Shown here: piece after piece, positions 27,741-38,486 of the stretch
How the letters are laid out: each line of letters begins with the position of its first letter
Numbering within the stretch: the first letter of the stretch is position 1
Assembly: GCA_031285625.1 (NCBI GenBank)
Contig: JAITVV010000081.1
Coordinates: 1 to 64,000 of the forward strand
DNA from: Prevotella sp.
GTDB taxonomy: Bacteria; Bacteroidota; Bacteroidia; Bacteroidales; Dysgonomonadaceae
Length of the DNA stretch: 64,000 nucleotides
Direction: 5' to 3'
The notes under the pieces: model-generated
Database searches by the model: none
Told to the model about the DNA's origin: nothing
Seen by the model: only the letters and a program-made list of their open reading frames with translations
Position numbers and translations under genes: made by a program

Positions 27741-29501
27741 TTATTCGGATAACCTATTCAGTACTTCTTTTGCCTGATGAATCATATCAACATATGATCG
27801 TGCCGGTTCAATAGTATTGAATTTTGCAACTTCATCATCCAGTGTTTTTAATTTATCCGGATTATTTGCAAATTCTTTGCGTAACAAACGAATCTTTTCT
27901 GCATCTTGTATCCCTTCTATAAGTCTTTCGAAACGCATGGAGCTCCTTGCCTCCGGATAAACAATATAAGTATCTCCGGCAGGCCATGTTACAAAACGGG
28001 AATCGGTCAAAGGATTTTCTACCCACGAATTATATGCCCATCGAAGGAATCCGTCATATCCGGCAGCCATACAGTACCAGGCTGCATAAACACCTTCGGG
28101 CAGTTCAGAACATGTAAACATATTAGGGAACTTATCTGAGCAACATACATAGTATGTAGTTGTCAATCCTTTCTCTCTGCGGAATTGAATATCTGTACTA
28201 TCAACCTTAGCATTAGCCGATACACTCATATCCCGTATATACGGATATTCCTTATAGCTTTTGTGATTATCGGCAAGAGAAACCCCTAGCTCAGGAGCTA
28301 CCTTGTGCAAGAAATCCATTGTCAGCTTCATCTCCTTAGGTCCACGCTCATCCATTGCTATATTCGTTATTTGTAACCAGCCTTTTTCCTCCAGATGTTT
28401 CTTAAAATCTTTCAGAAACGGTGTCCACATTTCTTCAAATACTTTTGTTCCGGGGATAACCTCCACATCAACCATTTCTTTGGTAGAAGCATCTTTATAA
28501 TGAATTCCGCTTTTCCAAGGAATAACAGAATAACAATTGATCATCTTATTGATGCCTAAATCCATCATAAATTCGACCCATTTGTCAAAGATCGTATAAT
28601 CATAAACCCATGTACCGTCGGTATTCTTAGTCCATGTAATCATATCTTCATATTTATCGAACGTCTGAACCCAAGGATCTTTATTTACGGTTGCAGTAAT
28701 TACCTTCTGACCAGCATCAGCCAGCATCCTGTATAGCGGTTTCATCGCTTCGAAATGCGCATCACTCCACAGTTCCAGATTCTGGGTACGGGCAACTGCC
28801 GCCGGATGTTGCCACAAATCGAGATGATACTGCCACTCAGTAGCCGGAGGTAACGTCTTATTCTGAACATTCAGTTCAACCTCAAATGTCTGAGCTTTTT
28901 GCCCCCGTGCAGTTACAGTCAATTCACTTTTGTATACCCCGGGTGTAGCATCAGAAGGGATATTTATGGTGAGCCATACCGGACGCACAGTTTTAGCGGA
29001 GATATCGAAGCAATCAAGATTATCAAGCATATCCGGCACCAGTGAAGATGGGAAGTCCTCAGGTTTACGGTATCCGCATCCGGGTTCAAAAATATCGGTT
29101 ATCACATAACGCACAAAACGTGTACTGGCAATATCAGCCGGAAGTTTTCCCGAAGGAGAAACAAAATCAGAAAATGTGCATTCTGCCTGTTTTATATCTT
29201 CTGCTGTCCATAAGAGTAATTGTCCGGATACTCTTTCTCCTTTCCACCCTGTCAGGCTGGTCATTTTTACCGTCTCAATCTGAGGTGCAACTGATTTCCG
29301 GTACTTTACATCGATACTTACCAGAGAGGCATGAAGCCCCGCAGGAATATTACTCCAGTCTGACAATGTATCAGCTGTAGGATCCGGTAACTCGGTGAAT
29401 GTCGGGCATTCCATCTTCGGCCTTTCGTTGTTACATGCTGCAAACAGGCAGAAAGATAACATACAAATGAGGCTGACTCTTAAAATAACATGTTTATTCA
29501 T
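27741..29501 (-). CDS. GH123/DUF4091-like beta-N-acetylgalactosaminidase lipoprotein
   Basis: Lipobox FAAC; WKGERV, LDLWQHP, IAMDER, GFLRWAYNSW, GIQDAEKI motifs. Confidence 0.8.
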   Translation of the reverse strand: MNKHVILRVSLICMLSFCLFAACNNERPKMECPTFTELPDPTADTLSDWSNIPAGLHASLVSIDVKYRKSVAPQIETVKMTSLTGWKGERVSGQLLLWTAEDIKQAECTFSDFVSPSGKLPADIASTRFVRYVITDIFEPGCGYRKPEDFPSSLVPDMLDNLDCFDISAKTVRPVWLTINIPSDATPGVYKSELTVTARGQKAQTFEVELNVQNKTLPPATEWQYHLDLWQHPAAVARTQNLELWSDAHFEAMKPLYRMLADAGQKVITATVNKDPWVQTFDKYEDMITWTKNTDGTWVYDYTIFDKWVEFMMDLGINKMINCYSVIPWKSGIHYKDASTKEMVDVEVIPGTKVFEEMWTPFLKDFKKHLEEKGWLQITNIAMDERGPKEMKLTMDFLHKVAPELGVSLADNHKSYKEYPYIRDMSVSANAKVDSTDIQFRREKGLTTTYYVCCSDKFPNMFTCSELPEGVYAAWYCMAAGYDGFLRWAYNSWVENPLTDSRFVTWPAGDTYIVYPEARSSMRFERLIEGIQDAEKIRLLRKEFANNPDKLKTLDDEVAKFNTIEPARSYVDMIHQAKEVLNRLSE

Positions 29502-29541
29502 AAGTTGATATTAGGTGAAATTAAGGTCACAGACCTATTTA

Positions 29542-31128
29542 TTACAATTTCTCAAAATAAGGCAATCTATTTAAAGGGACATTTATTGTAATCGTTTTTC
29601 CTCCTTTATGTTTTTTGCCTTCATCATCTTTCCATGTCCCTTTAGGCAGTTTGACTGTGCGCACGTCTTCTGCTGTTGTCACAGGAGCCACAAGGTACTT
29701 ATCTCCGAGCATAAACTGATCTTTACACAACTCGAAGCCTTGCCCCGGAAATGAGTATTCCATATGCCTGACAATAGGTTCTCCGGTTTTGGATGCTTCC
29801 TTTGCATATGTGATAATATAGTTTCCAAACTGCTCATGTAACCGGCTCATACCCTGTACTATTTTCAAGTTTTCTTCATTGAGTATTCGCCAAGGAGCCA
29901 CCGAAAACTGCATCATAGGCATCAGTGTGTGAATTTGTGCCGAACGAACGATCAGTCTTTGATTGAAACCTTTATCATCGATATTAAGGAAAGAAGAAAA
30001 CTGTCCTCCACCAATCATATCAGGGCAGGTATAAGCATAACCTAATAATCCCGCAGCAATCATTTCAGGAATCAGCGATTGGACCGCACCCCACGAATAG
30101 TTTTTATCTCCCAAACGCTGTACCAGGGGCTGACCTCCCATTTTCCATCCTGCTCTGTATTCATTGAATGGAAATTCGAGCCCTATTCTCAACCAGGCAA
30201 GCGTATGATCTACCGAAGTGGCATCTTTCTTATAACTGTCGATACGCTTAGGATCATAGAATGAGTTATCTCCTGCATCCAGTTTAAAGCCATCGACACC
30301 ATACTCGGTTTGTAACTTTCTTAATAATCCTACATAATGGTTGAAAGCATCAGGGTTAGTAAAGTCGTAACAGGCACTTTGCCCATTCCACCAATTGATA
30401 ATTGCAGGAGAATCAGATCCTTTTTGCTTAACAAGATAGCCTTTTGCTCTCAGCTCCCTGTATTCGGGGCTATCGGCACTTACAAACGGACATATCCACA
30501 ACATTACCTTGAATCCCATTGTATGAAGTTTTTCGATCATACCCTTAGGATCTGAGAACTTCTCAGGACGGAAGTCAAAATTCCCATAATATTTTTGCCA
30601 GTTATCGTCTATCATTAACACACCCTGTGGAAAATCGTTATCGATAATTGCCTGAGCATATTTTAGAATATCTTCCTGATTCTGGTTATACATAAGTTCT
30701 ATCCATGTATTATACTGCGGCATAGTGAAAAACAACTCATCAGGTAAAGTTCCCGAAGGAGGAAAATGCTTCATACAAGCTACCTGATAGGCCTCGCGCA
30801 AAGTAGAACCAGCTTGCTGCACATTTATTTTCTCATATTCAGATCTCACAATCAGTGCATTGTCTTTCACTTCAAATTTGAAAGGTTCATCACTCCATAC
30901 ATAGCGGCCCTTGTTGGATACAAAAAGAGGAACAACCTGGTTATTATAGTTTTGCAGAGACAAATCAAATTCATTGACAGCCTGTAAATAAGGCATACGT
31001 GACCCAAATGCTACGACACCTCCCCACCAATACTCTCCCGGCTCTGATGAGATCACTGTTTCTTTAACCTGACCGTACGATAATACAGTCAATAATAAAC
31101 ATATAAAACTGAATGCTATCTTTCTCAT
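29542..31128 (-). CDS. GH31 glycoside hydrolase (MYORG-like / alpha-galactosidase clade)
   Basis: PQYNTWIE, IDDNWQ, GFKLDAGD nucleophile, PDMIGG acid/base; signal peptide from ATG 31128. Confidence 0.85.
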   Translation of the reverse strand: MRKIAFSFICLLLTVLSYGQVKETVISSEPGEYWWGGVVAFGSRMPYLQAVNEFDLSLQNYNNQVVPLFVSNKGRYVWSDEPFKFEVKDNALIVRSEYEKINVQQAGSTLREAYQVACMKHFPPSGTLPDELFFTMPQYNTWIELMYNQNQEDILKYAQAIIDNDFPQGVLMIDDNWQKYYGNFDFRPEKFSDPKGMIEKLHTMGFKVMLWICPFVSADSPEYRELRAKGYLVKQKGSDSPAIINWWNGQSACYDFTNPDAFNHYVGLLRKLQTEYGVDGFKLDAGDNSFYDPKRIDSYKKDATSVDHTLAWLRIGLEFPFNEYRAGWKMGGQPLVQRLGDKNYSWGAVQSLIPEMIAAGLLGYAYTCPDMIGGGQFSSFLNIDDKGFNQRLIVRSAQIHTLMPMMQFSVAPWRILNEENLKIVQGMSRLHEQFGNYIITYAKEASKTGEPIVRHMEYSFPGQGFELCKDQFMLGDKYLVAPVTTAEDVRTVKLPKGTWKDDEGKKHKGGKTITINVPLNRLPYFEKL

Positions 31129-31144
31129 GTTATTAATAAAATAA

Positions 31145-31190
31145 GTAAGCTTCATAAAAGTAAGAAATATTCTCGGTTTATGAAGCTTAC
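31145..31190. repeat. 14-bp perfect inverted repeat between susD and the GH31 gene
   Basis: gtaagcttcataaa (31145-31158) / tttatgaagcttac (31177-31190). Confidence 0.75.
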
Positions 31191-31206
31191 CTGGTTATAT
31201 GATATT

Positions 31207-32709
31207 TTAATATCCTGTGTTCTGTATTACCTGTCCTTGTCCTTCAACTATAAATTTATTTCCGATAGGGAACAACACTTTATAATCTGCCGTTTGGCTA
31301 TTCGGAAATTTCTTGTTGAATTCAATATATTTCCCAAAACGGATCAGATCGGTACGCCTGTGTCCTTCACAATACAACTCATGCCCTCTTTCGAGTAGAA
31401 GCATATCATAAAATTTCTGAAGATCGCCATAATCTGATAATTTCAGTGGGTCCAGACCTGATCTGCCACGAACTTGATTTATCAGATCCATTGCTTCCTG
31501 AGTTGGTGCACCATTTTTGCTACGCGCAATACATTCAGCCAAAGATAATAATACATCAGAATAGCGGAATATAGGAACATCTATGGCTCCACGGTCTCCC
31601 TTTTGTCCCGGATCTACCATGTATTTCAGCGGTAACGCACCCTTAACCAACTCTGTAGTCGGATTTGCCTCATTGATAATCTCTCCGTCCTTAGTAGATA
31701 CATATTCAGCTATAATATTATCCAGACGTTTATCCTTACCCTGCTCGAAAGTATGATAAAATGCCCACGACATACGGTATCCACTCCATTTTTCTATATT
31801 AGCATTCGGATAAGGGCAAGTACCTGTCATCACATGTGTAACCCAGCCATTAACCCCATAGTCATAAGTACAGATTATCGACCACATGTTTTCACCATTA
31901 CTCTTCTCGGTATCTAAAGAGAAGCAGTCATAATAATCATCAAGAAGTTTGTATCCGTACTCAGGTTTCTGAAGTTCTCTGGCTATTTTTTCAGCTTCGC
32001 CCCATTGTCCGTCTATCATGTACACTTTCAATAGCATCATATTGGCAATACCTCTATCCATACGTCCCCATTCTGTATCTTTAGGTAAAGGCAAATCAGC
32101 TATAGCTAATTTCAATTCGCTAACCATTTGGGCTACATATTCCTCTTTAGACGGGCGAGGTATAATAACTTTCTGTTCAGGGTCACCTTTCAGTATCTCA
32201 TCACTGGCAATAGGTACCGGCCCAAACAGATCGTACATTAAATACATCAGCCAGGCTCTTAAAGCCCTTACCTGAGATACATATTTAACCTTTACCTCAT
32301 CACTGACAGATGATGCTTCAATATTTAACATTATATTCCTGAACTGACTTATATACTTATAGTGTCCATATTTTTCAGTTGCCTGGTCATTATTGGCAGC
32401 AGTCCATCCGTGTGTATGATACATATTCCAGGTACCACCATCTCCCCACTGGCAATCCATAATGTCTGTACACATTTCTGTAAAGATATTGATGCCTCCT
32501 CTACCATGAGAATATATTCCGCCACCACCATATGTATTGATTCGGAATCTATGATAAGCCGTTGTTGCAGCAGCATTTACATCCGACTCGTTTTTATAGA
32601 AATTTTCGGGATATATCTGATCATAATTCTCACCCTCCAGGTCTCCATAGCAGCTATGAAATGAAAGAAGAATAATGCATCCCATTAATATTAATATATT
32701 CGTTTTCAT
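31207..32709 (-). CDS. SusD/RagB family lipoprotein
   Basis: Lipobox FHSC, RYSDVLL-x2-AE, ER-x2-EL-x2-EGHR-x2-DLIR. Confidence 0.93.
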   Translation of the reverse strand: MKTNILILMGCIILLSFHSCYGDLEGENYDQIYPENFYKNESDVNAAATTAYHRFRINTYGGGGIYSHGRGGINIFTEMCTDIMDCQWGDGGTWNMYHTHGWTAANNDQATEKYGHYKYISQFRNIMLNIEASSVSDEVKVKYVSQVRALRAWLMYLMYDLFGPVPIASDEILKGDPEQKVIIPRPSKEEYVAQMVSELKLAIADLPLPKDTEWGRMDRGIANMMLLKVYMIDGQWGEAEKIARELQKPEYGYKLLDDYYDCFSLDTEKSNGENMWSIICTYDYGVNGWVTHVMTGTCPYPNANIEKWSGYRMSWAFYHTFEQGKDKRLDNIIAEYVSTKDGEIINEANPTTELVKGALPLKYMVDPGQKGDRGAIDVPIFRYSDVLLSLAECIARSKNGAPTQEAMDLINQVRGRSGLDPLKLSDYGDLQKFYDMLLLERGHELYCEGHRRTDLIRFGKYIEFNKKFPNSQTADYKVLFPIGNKFIVEGQGQVIQNTGY

Positions 32710-32734
32710 ATTTGATCTGATTTAATGATTATTC

Positions 32735-35700
32735 TTAGAACTTAATGTCTACACCAAATGAAATAGACCGTTGTTGTGGATAAGCGCCCAAGGCATCTGT
32801 TTCAGGATCTGTTCCCTTATAAGGACTTATTAAGAATAAGTTCTGAGCATCCACAAATACTCTGGCACTGCTACATACTTTCTTTAGCCATGATTGATCG
32901 AATGTATATCCCAGAGTTATATTCTTGAAACGGATAAACCATGCTTTTTCCAAAAAGTAATTTCCTGTTCCTATCTTAGAGTCAACCTGGAAAATTGAAG
33001 GAAGATCGGAATCCATATTTTTATAAGACCATCTGTCAACCACTTCGTTGTACATATTAGATCCATTCTCTAATCGATATGCTTCTGTCAGATAATATGA
33101 CCTTGTATCATTGATTTTCCATCTGTTAAACATTCCATATACATACACATTCAGGTCGAATCCTTTGTATGTAAAGCTATTATTCAAACCAATTGTATAC
33201 GGAGTGTTTACTCCAAATTTGATCTTATCAGCATCATCAAGAATTCCGTCAGGAGCACCTGTACGTTGTGGTATACCATTCGCATCTACTATGATTTTAC
33301 CATCGGCATCTTTCAGGTATCCGTCCACATCCAATACTTTTACTGTTCCCGGTATTGCTCCGTATTTGCTTATATATTCTGTATCTTCAGGACTAACAAT
33401 ACCTGATGATTTATAATACCACAACTCATTGAAAGGTTGTTTCACACTACTCATAATATTTGGAGACCAGTTACCATCACGTTTTTTCCAACGGTCACGA
33501 TAATAAGTGAATGTTGCATCGGTAGTCCACGAGAAGTCCTTGTTACTTATATTGCGGCTAGTAAAATTAATCTCAAGACCACGGGTTTGTTTCTCCGAAT
33601 CCAGATTTGCAATACGGGTAGTAATTTCCTGATACGACATCAAATCCCTTGCTCCAATGATATCAGATATTGTTCTGTCAAATACCTCAATAGATCCTGC
33701 AAAACGATAGTTCATAAAGCTGAAATCCAATCCCAGATTTATGTCGGTCTGAGTTTCCCATTTAAGATCCGGATTTCCTAAGAATTTAAGTTCAATGCCA
33801 TTATTCAAAGTTCCGTCGAATATATAATTTGTACCGACACCATAATATGGGTTAGTTGTATAATATTCAACGTCATTCATTATGAATTTATCGTTACCTG
33901 TTTGTCCGTATCCAGCGCGTAGCTTCAATTCAGACAACCAACCTGATGTACCTTTCATAAAGCTTTCTTCATGTATTTTCCAGCCCAACGATACCCCCGG
34001 GAAATACCCCCATTTATGATTTTTCGCAAAATTGGAAGATCCATCAGCACGGAAATTGGCAGTCAGCATATACTTATTCTTGAATACATAGTTGAGACGG
34101 CCGATATAAGAAGCCATAATAGTGGTACTTCCTCCTGATGCTACATCCGGTCTGTCTTTAGAACCTGCACCTAAATTAAACCAAAGCATACCATCATAAG
34201 GGAATTTCGAGTTACCGGCGCTAAAATTACTTCTGGTCAGTTTCTGATAATCATATCCCCCCATTACAGAGATATCATGATCGTTAATTACCTTATGCCA
34301 GTTAGCAACCAGATTTACATTATAATCCTGCCTTTCGTTCTGCGATTGTACTGCATATCCGCCTTCACGTGCACCGAAAAGTACTGTTGTAGGCATATAG
34401 TAATCACGCTTACCTTGATTACGGTCTACACCGAATTGCGCCTTAAGAGTCAAATCCTTGATTGGCTGTGCTTCTACATATGCCAGCAATAGAGCACGCT
34501 GTGTTGTCGTATGATCCCGTATATCTAATAATGAAACCGGATTTGCGAGGAAACCCTGATCAGGATCAAGAGCATATTCTCCTTTTTCATTCCGAACCGG
34601 GATCAATGGATTAAACTGTTGTGCAGCTCTTATAATACCTGCATTTTCATATCCATTACCGCCAATAGGGACATTGCGGTTCTTCACCTGGTTTATATTC
34701 AAACTAACACCACCTGATATTATATTCGAAAATTTCTGGTCGAGGTTAATCCTCATATTGAAACGTTCAAGATCATTAGTCTTTATTACACCATTCTGTT
34801 TGTAGTAGTTTAAGGATGTAAGATATTTAGTACTCTCCGTACCACCTTGCACGCTTAAATTATGTTCGTTGATAAATCCTGCGCGTGTAATTTCATCAAG
34901 CCAATCTGTTTGATTCGCAGGATTTGCTATATCACTTTCACTGTATTTAGGCTGCCATTTGCTCACGCCCAAATTGTTCCAGACTTCATCATAGGTTTTT
35001 GATCCATATGGGTATACGCCATTTGTACGCATCCATTTCTCTTTGATAACCTCATTTGCTTCTGTCATGAATTCTCTTGCCCCCAGCATATTAGGCAATC
35101 CATACAGATGCTGAGTGGTAACAGAAGCTTTATAATTGACCTGTACTTTACCGGCTTTTCCTCTCTTGGTTGTAATAAGGATTACTCCTCCTGCAGCACG
35201 CGATCCGTAAATAGCTGTAGCTGACGCATCTTTTAATATCTCTATAGATTCTACATCATTCGGATTAATAGAGTTAAGGCCTGTTTCTACTTTGTTATCT
35301 TTATTGATACTTCCATATCCGCCACTCGGTACCGAAAAATCAGCTTGAGGGAATCCGTCAATCACTATCAAAGGAGAACGATTAGAGGCAGTACCACGAA
35401 TCTGTAAGTTCATACCTCCTCCGGGTTGTGCACTTTGCATTGTGGCTGTCAATCCGGTAGCTTTACCAGAAAGCATATGTGCTACAGATGTGTTTGCAGC
35501 GGGTGGCAGATCCTTCTGCTTAACTACTGCAATGGCTCCGGTCAGATCCGATTTTTTCTGGATACCATATCCCACCACAACAACTTCGTCAAGTAGCTTT
35601 GCATCTTCCCGCATACGAATATTGAACTGAGAATTGTTCCCTACTTCAATCTCTTGTGTCTCAAATCCTACAAAAGAGAATGATAATATTGAAGATGAAG

Positions 35701-36178
35701 TAACATCCAAAGAAAACTTCCCGTCAATGTCGCTAATTGTTCCATTTGTGGTATTTTTCTCTGATATACTAACCCCTGTAATAGGTTCATTATTATCATC
35801 GACGATTGTACCCGTAACTTTACGTGATTGTTGTGTTACTTTTTTTACAATAAGGATTTGCTTATTTTTTATATTAAATGTGGTATTTGTGTTTTTAAGT
35901 ATTTCGGTCAAAGCTTCCGATAGTGACTTATTACTGATATTGACAGAAACAGTCTGTTTGACGTTTATCAGCGATTCATTGTAAGCAATGGTCATGCCTG
36001 TTTGTTTTTCTACTTCTTCAAATGCATCCTTTATTGTCAGTTGATAGCCCGATATTGTTACTTTTTGTTTTTGGTCTTGTGCTATAATATTTGCAGTTAT
36101 AGAGAAAAATGCAGATAAAATAACAATTCGATACAAAATAGTCCTTACTATTGTAAAGAATAAAATTTTTATTTTCAT
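32735..36178 (-). CDS. SusC/RagA TonB-dependent transporter with N-terminal signalling (STN) extension
   Basis: LDEVVVVGYG, LKDASATAIYGSRAAGGVILITTK, NPDLKWE, terminal F. Confidence 0.95.
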   Translation of the reverse strand: MKIKILFFTIVRTILYRIVILSAFFSITANIIAQDQKQKVTISGYQLTIKDAFEEVEKQTGMTIAYNESLINVKQTVSVNISNKSLSEALTEILKNTNTTFNIKNKQILIVKKVTQQSRKVTGTIVDDNNEPITGVSISEKNTTNGTISDIDGKFSLDVTSSSILSFSFVGFETQEIEVGNNSQFNIRMREDAKLLDEVVVVGYGIQKKSDLTGAIAVVKQKDLPPAANTSVAHMLSGKATGLTATMQSAQPGGGMNLQIRGTASNRSPLIVIDGFPQADFSVPSGGYGSINKDNKVETGLNSINPNDVESIEILKDASATAIYGSRAAGGVILITTKRGKAGKVQVNYKASVTTQHLYGLPNMLGAREFMTEANEVIKEKWMRTNGVYPYGSKTYDEVWNNLGVSKWQPKYSESDIANPANQTDWLDEITRAGFINEHNLSVQGGTESTKYLTSLNYYKQNGVIKTNDLERFNMRINLDQKFSNIISGGVSLNINQVKNRNVPIGGNGYENAGIIRAAQQFNPLIPVRNEKGEYALDPDQGFLANPVSLLDIRDHTTTQRALLLAYVEAQPIKDLTLKAQFGVDRNQGKRDYYMPTTVLFGAREGGYAVQSQNERQDYNVNLVANWHKVINDHDISVMGGYDYQKLTRSNFSAGNSKFPYDGMLWFNLGAGSKDRPDVASGGSTTIMASYIGRLNYVFKNKYMLTANFRADGSSNFAKNHKWGYFPGVSLGWKIHEESFMKGTSGWLSELKLRAGYGQTGNDKFIMNDVEYYTTNPYYGVGTNYIFDGTLNNGIELKFLGNPDLKWETQTDINLGLDFSFMNYRFAGSIEVFDRTISDIIGARDLMSYQEITTRIANLDSEKQTRGLEINFTSRNISNKDFSWTTDATFTYYRDRWKKRDGNWSPNIMSSVKQPFNELWYYKSSGIVSPEDTEYISKYGAIPGTVKVLDVDGYLKDADGKIIVDANGIPQRTGAPDGILDDADKIKFGVNTPYTIGLNNSFTYKGFDLNVYVYGMFNRWKINDTRSYYLTEAYRLENGSNMYNEVVDRWSYKNMDSDLPSIFQVDSKIGTGNYFLEKAWFIRFKNITLGYTFDQSWLKKVCSSARVFVDAQNLFLISPYKGTDPETDALGAYPQQRSISFGVDIKF

Positions 36179-36249
36179 AACTTTGTTTATTAGATTTCAA
36201 TGAATGTCAACAATTTCTATGTGATTATTTTTGAGGTCTATCGATTTCA

Positions 36250-36284
36250 AACCGGAGAGTTAACCCTAAAAAAACTCTTCGGTT
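36250..36284 (-). promoter_or_regulatory. Hairpin between the anti-sigma gene and susC
   Basis: aaccggagagtt...aactcttcggtt imperfect inverted repeat. Confidence 0.5.
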
Positions 36285-36315
36285 CTTTTTTGCATGATCA
36301 TAGTATTTTTCCAGA

Positions 36316-37296
36316 TTAATATATATAGACTTTATTCTCTTTTATTTTGTAGTTTAATTCAGGTATAATCTGCTTCAATATCTGAAGAGATTCTTCCAGT
36401 GTTTCACCATGAACGAATTTTGCTGTTATTAGTTCACTATAATATTTATTAGAGTTTATATAGATCGAAACATCGTATCGATGTTCAAATGTTCTGACAA
36501 TATCAGCTATCGATGCACTGAAGAATAACAAATGTCCGTTTTTCCATGCACCAATATGTTCATCTTTTACTATTTCCTTATTTATGTTATCGGATATCTT
36601 ATTATAAACAATCTGTTCGTTCCTATTAAGTATTATACTGGCTAGTTCACTTTTATTAAAATTCAGCTGTACTTTGCCTTCTTGCAGGGTGGTTATAATA
36701 TTGGGATTATCAGAATAAGCCGAAACATTAAACTTAGTACCCAATACTTCCACATCTATTCCATCAGTCTTTACAATAAATGGTTTGTCATTCCTGTGAG
36801 TAACTTCAAAATAGGCTTCACCATTTAAATAAACATAACGAGCTTCGGGGCTATGATCTTCTTCAGGATATATTACAACACTTCCCGAATTGATAGTCAC
36901 TTTGGTACTGTCAGGTAACATTAGTGTCCGGTATTCTCCATTTGGAGCAAAACATTCAGCAAATTGAACAGGTTTGTCAGCCGAAGTACGATCGCTCAGA
37001 TAATATACTGATAATGCGGAGAGAATGGGTAAAAGGATTACTGCTGCAGCTATTTTGTAGTATTTTCTTATTGTAAACCGTTTCCCGGTACCATAAAGTT
37101 TTCTTTCGACCTCCTTTAATGAATCCAGGGTAGATGAATCTGCTGATATATCGATCTTATTCCAGATTTCTTTTAATGCCTCATCTTTTTCATCAGAGTG
37201 CGATGAGTCCAAATACCATTCACGAAATTTTGTTTGAATATCTTTGGGATATTCATTTTTGAAGAATATATTTAAAATGTGTTTTAGTATTTGCAT
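36316..37296 (-). CDS. FecR-family anti-sigma factor
   Basis: One TM segment; LPDSTKV, GEAYFEV, VLGTKFNV. Confidence 0.92.
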   Translation of the reverse strand: MQILKHILNIFFKNEYPKDIQTKFREWYLDSSHSDEKDEALKEIWNKIDISADSSTLDSLKEVERKLYGTGKRFTIRKYYKIAAAVILLPILSALSVYYLSDRTSADKPVQFAECFAPNGEYRTLMLPDSTKVTINSGSVVIYPEEDHSPEARYVYLNGEAYFEVTHRNDKPFIVKTDGIDVEVLGTKFNVSAYSDNPNIITTLQEGKVQLNFNKSELASIILNRNEQIVYNKISDNINKEIVKDEHIGAWKNGHLLFFSASIADIVRTFEHRYDVSIYINSNKYYSELITAKFVHGETLEESLQILKQIIPELNYKIKENKVYIY

Positions 37297-37369
37297 ATTA
37301 TCACCTTTTAATACAAGACAATCAAAAGGCGGATTGCACCCAATCGAATCTTAAAAAAAATATTATTTT

Positions 37370-37927
37370 CTAAATAAAAAACAAAAGCATAAAAGAAATT
37401 GTCTTCCTTATTTCTTTGAGTGCCAAGTTTATATGGTTCTCTACCGTTTTCTTTGTAATTCCTAATTTTTTTGCAATGTCTTCATTTTTTATGCCTTCCA
37501 TACGGCTCATCTCATAGATCTTTCGACGTTGTTCGGGCATTTTACTTACAGTCAATTCTGTTAACAGCCGTATTTCTTTGGCAAAAAGTTCTTCTTCTAT
37601 TGATATATAGTTTTCTTGAGAAGAAGAGTAATTGTAGTTATAATACTTTTCTTCCAGATCTTTTTTCTTAAACTCGTTTATCACAGCATTTTTTGCCATT
37701 TTATATATATAGGCATCAAATGATTGTATTTCTTTCAGACTTACCCTGTTCTCCCAAATCTTAATGAAAATATCCTGACTGATATCTTCTGCAGCAGCTT
37801 CTTCTTTTATTAAATGGACTATAAAATATTTGACTTTTGGGAAGTATGACAAAAACACTGATCGAAAAGCATTTCTATCCCCGTCGGATATCAATTCTAT
37901 TAGTTCTATTGTTTTCAGTGAATTCAT
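37370..37927 (-). CDS. ECF sigma-70 factor (PUL type)
   Basis: AEDISQDIFIKIW region 2; IAKKLGITKKTVENHI region 4. Confidence 0.92.
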   Translation of the reverse strand: MNSLKTIELIELISDGDRNAFRSVFLSYFPKVKYFIVHLIKEEAAAEDISQDIFIKIWENRVSLKEIQSFDAYIYKMAKNAVINEFKKKDLEEKYYNYNYSSSQENYISIEEELFAKEIRLLTELTVSKMPEQRRKIYEMSRMEGIKNEDIAKKLGITKKTVENHINLALKEIRKTISFMLLFFI

Positions 37928-38486
37928 CAATATGGCGATCAGAGGTGAAACTTGTGGAATGAAAAATCTTTTTTTAAGGTTAAAGGCAAAAAGTTTTTCA
38001 TATAATTATTCAATTCAGATTAACATCATAGTCCCAAAAATGGTATTCGATGAGGATATCACTTCAATGAAACTATTAAATAAGGAAAATAAATCTTTCA
38101 CAACACTATGACAAAAATAATAATATTATTATCTAATCTGACTATAAAAAGATTTTTTGTGCGGATATTATCCGCAACTTTAATAAATCTCTTTCCTTTT
38201 ATCCGAAGCACATTCAATAATATCATTTCGAAACCATTATACTACGAATTATATAAATAAAATTCAGGAAATAGCTGTTCGCTTAAAAATCGTCAACAAA
38301 CACAATGGAAATAATACAAGCAGAATATGAAATAGGAAAGCCGCTTTTTTAATAAAAATTCTAAATAAAACAAGATTAGCTATTTACAGAAACATCTTTA
38401 CCATACAAATAAATCCCCAATAATTTCAAAAAAATGATGTATCTTTGTGCGCATTAAAATAATAAACTCTCACTTATTTTATTCCT

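Noticed and set aside
31145-31190. Invertible promoter (phase variation)
   Set aside because: The spacer is only 18 bp, contains no promoter, and no recombinase is nearby.
37931-38486. AT-rich 550-bp intergenic region as ncRNA or origin
   Set aside because: Only divergent promoter-like elements (e.g. TATCTTTG before guaA); no convincing structure or repeats.
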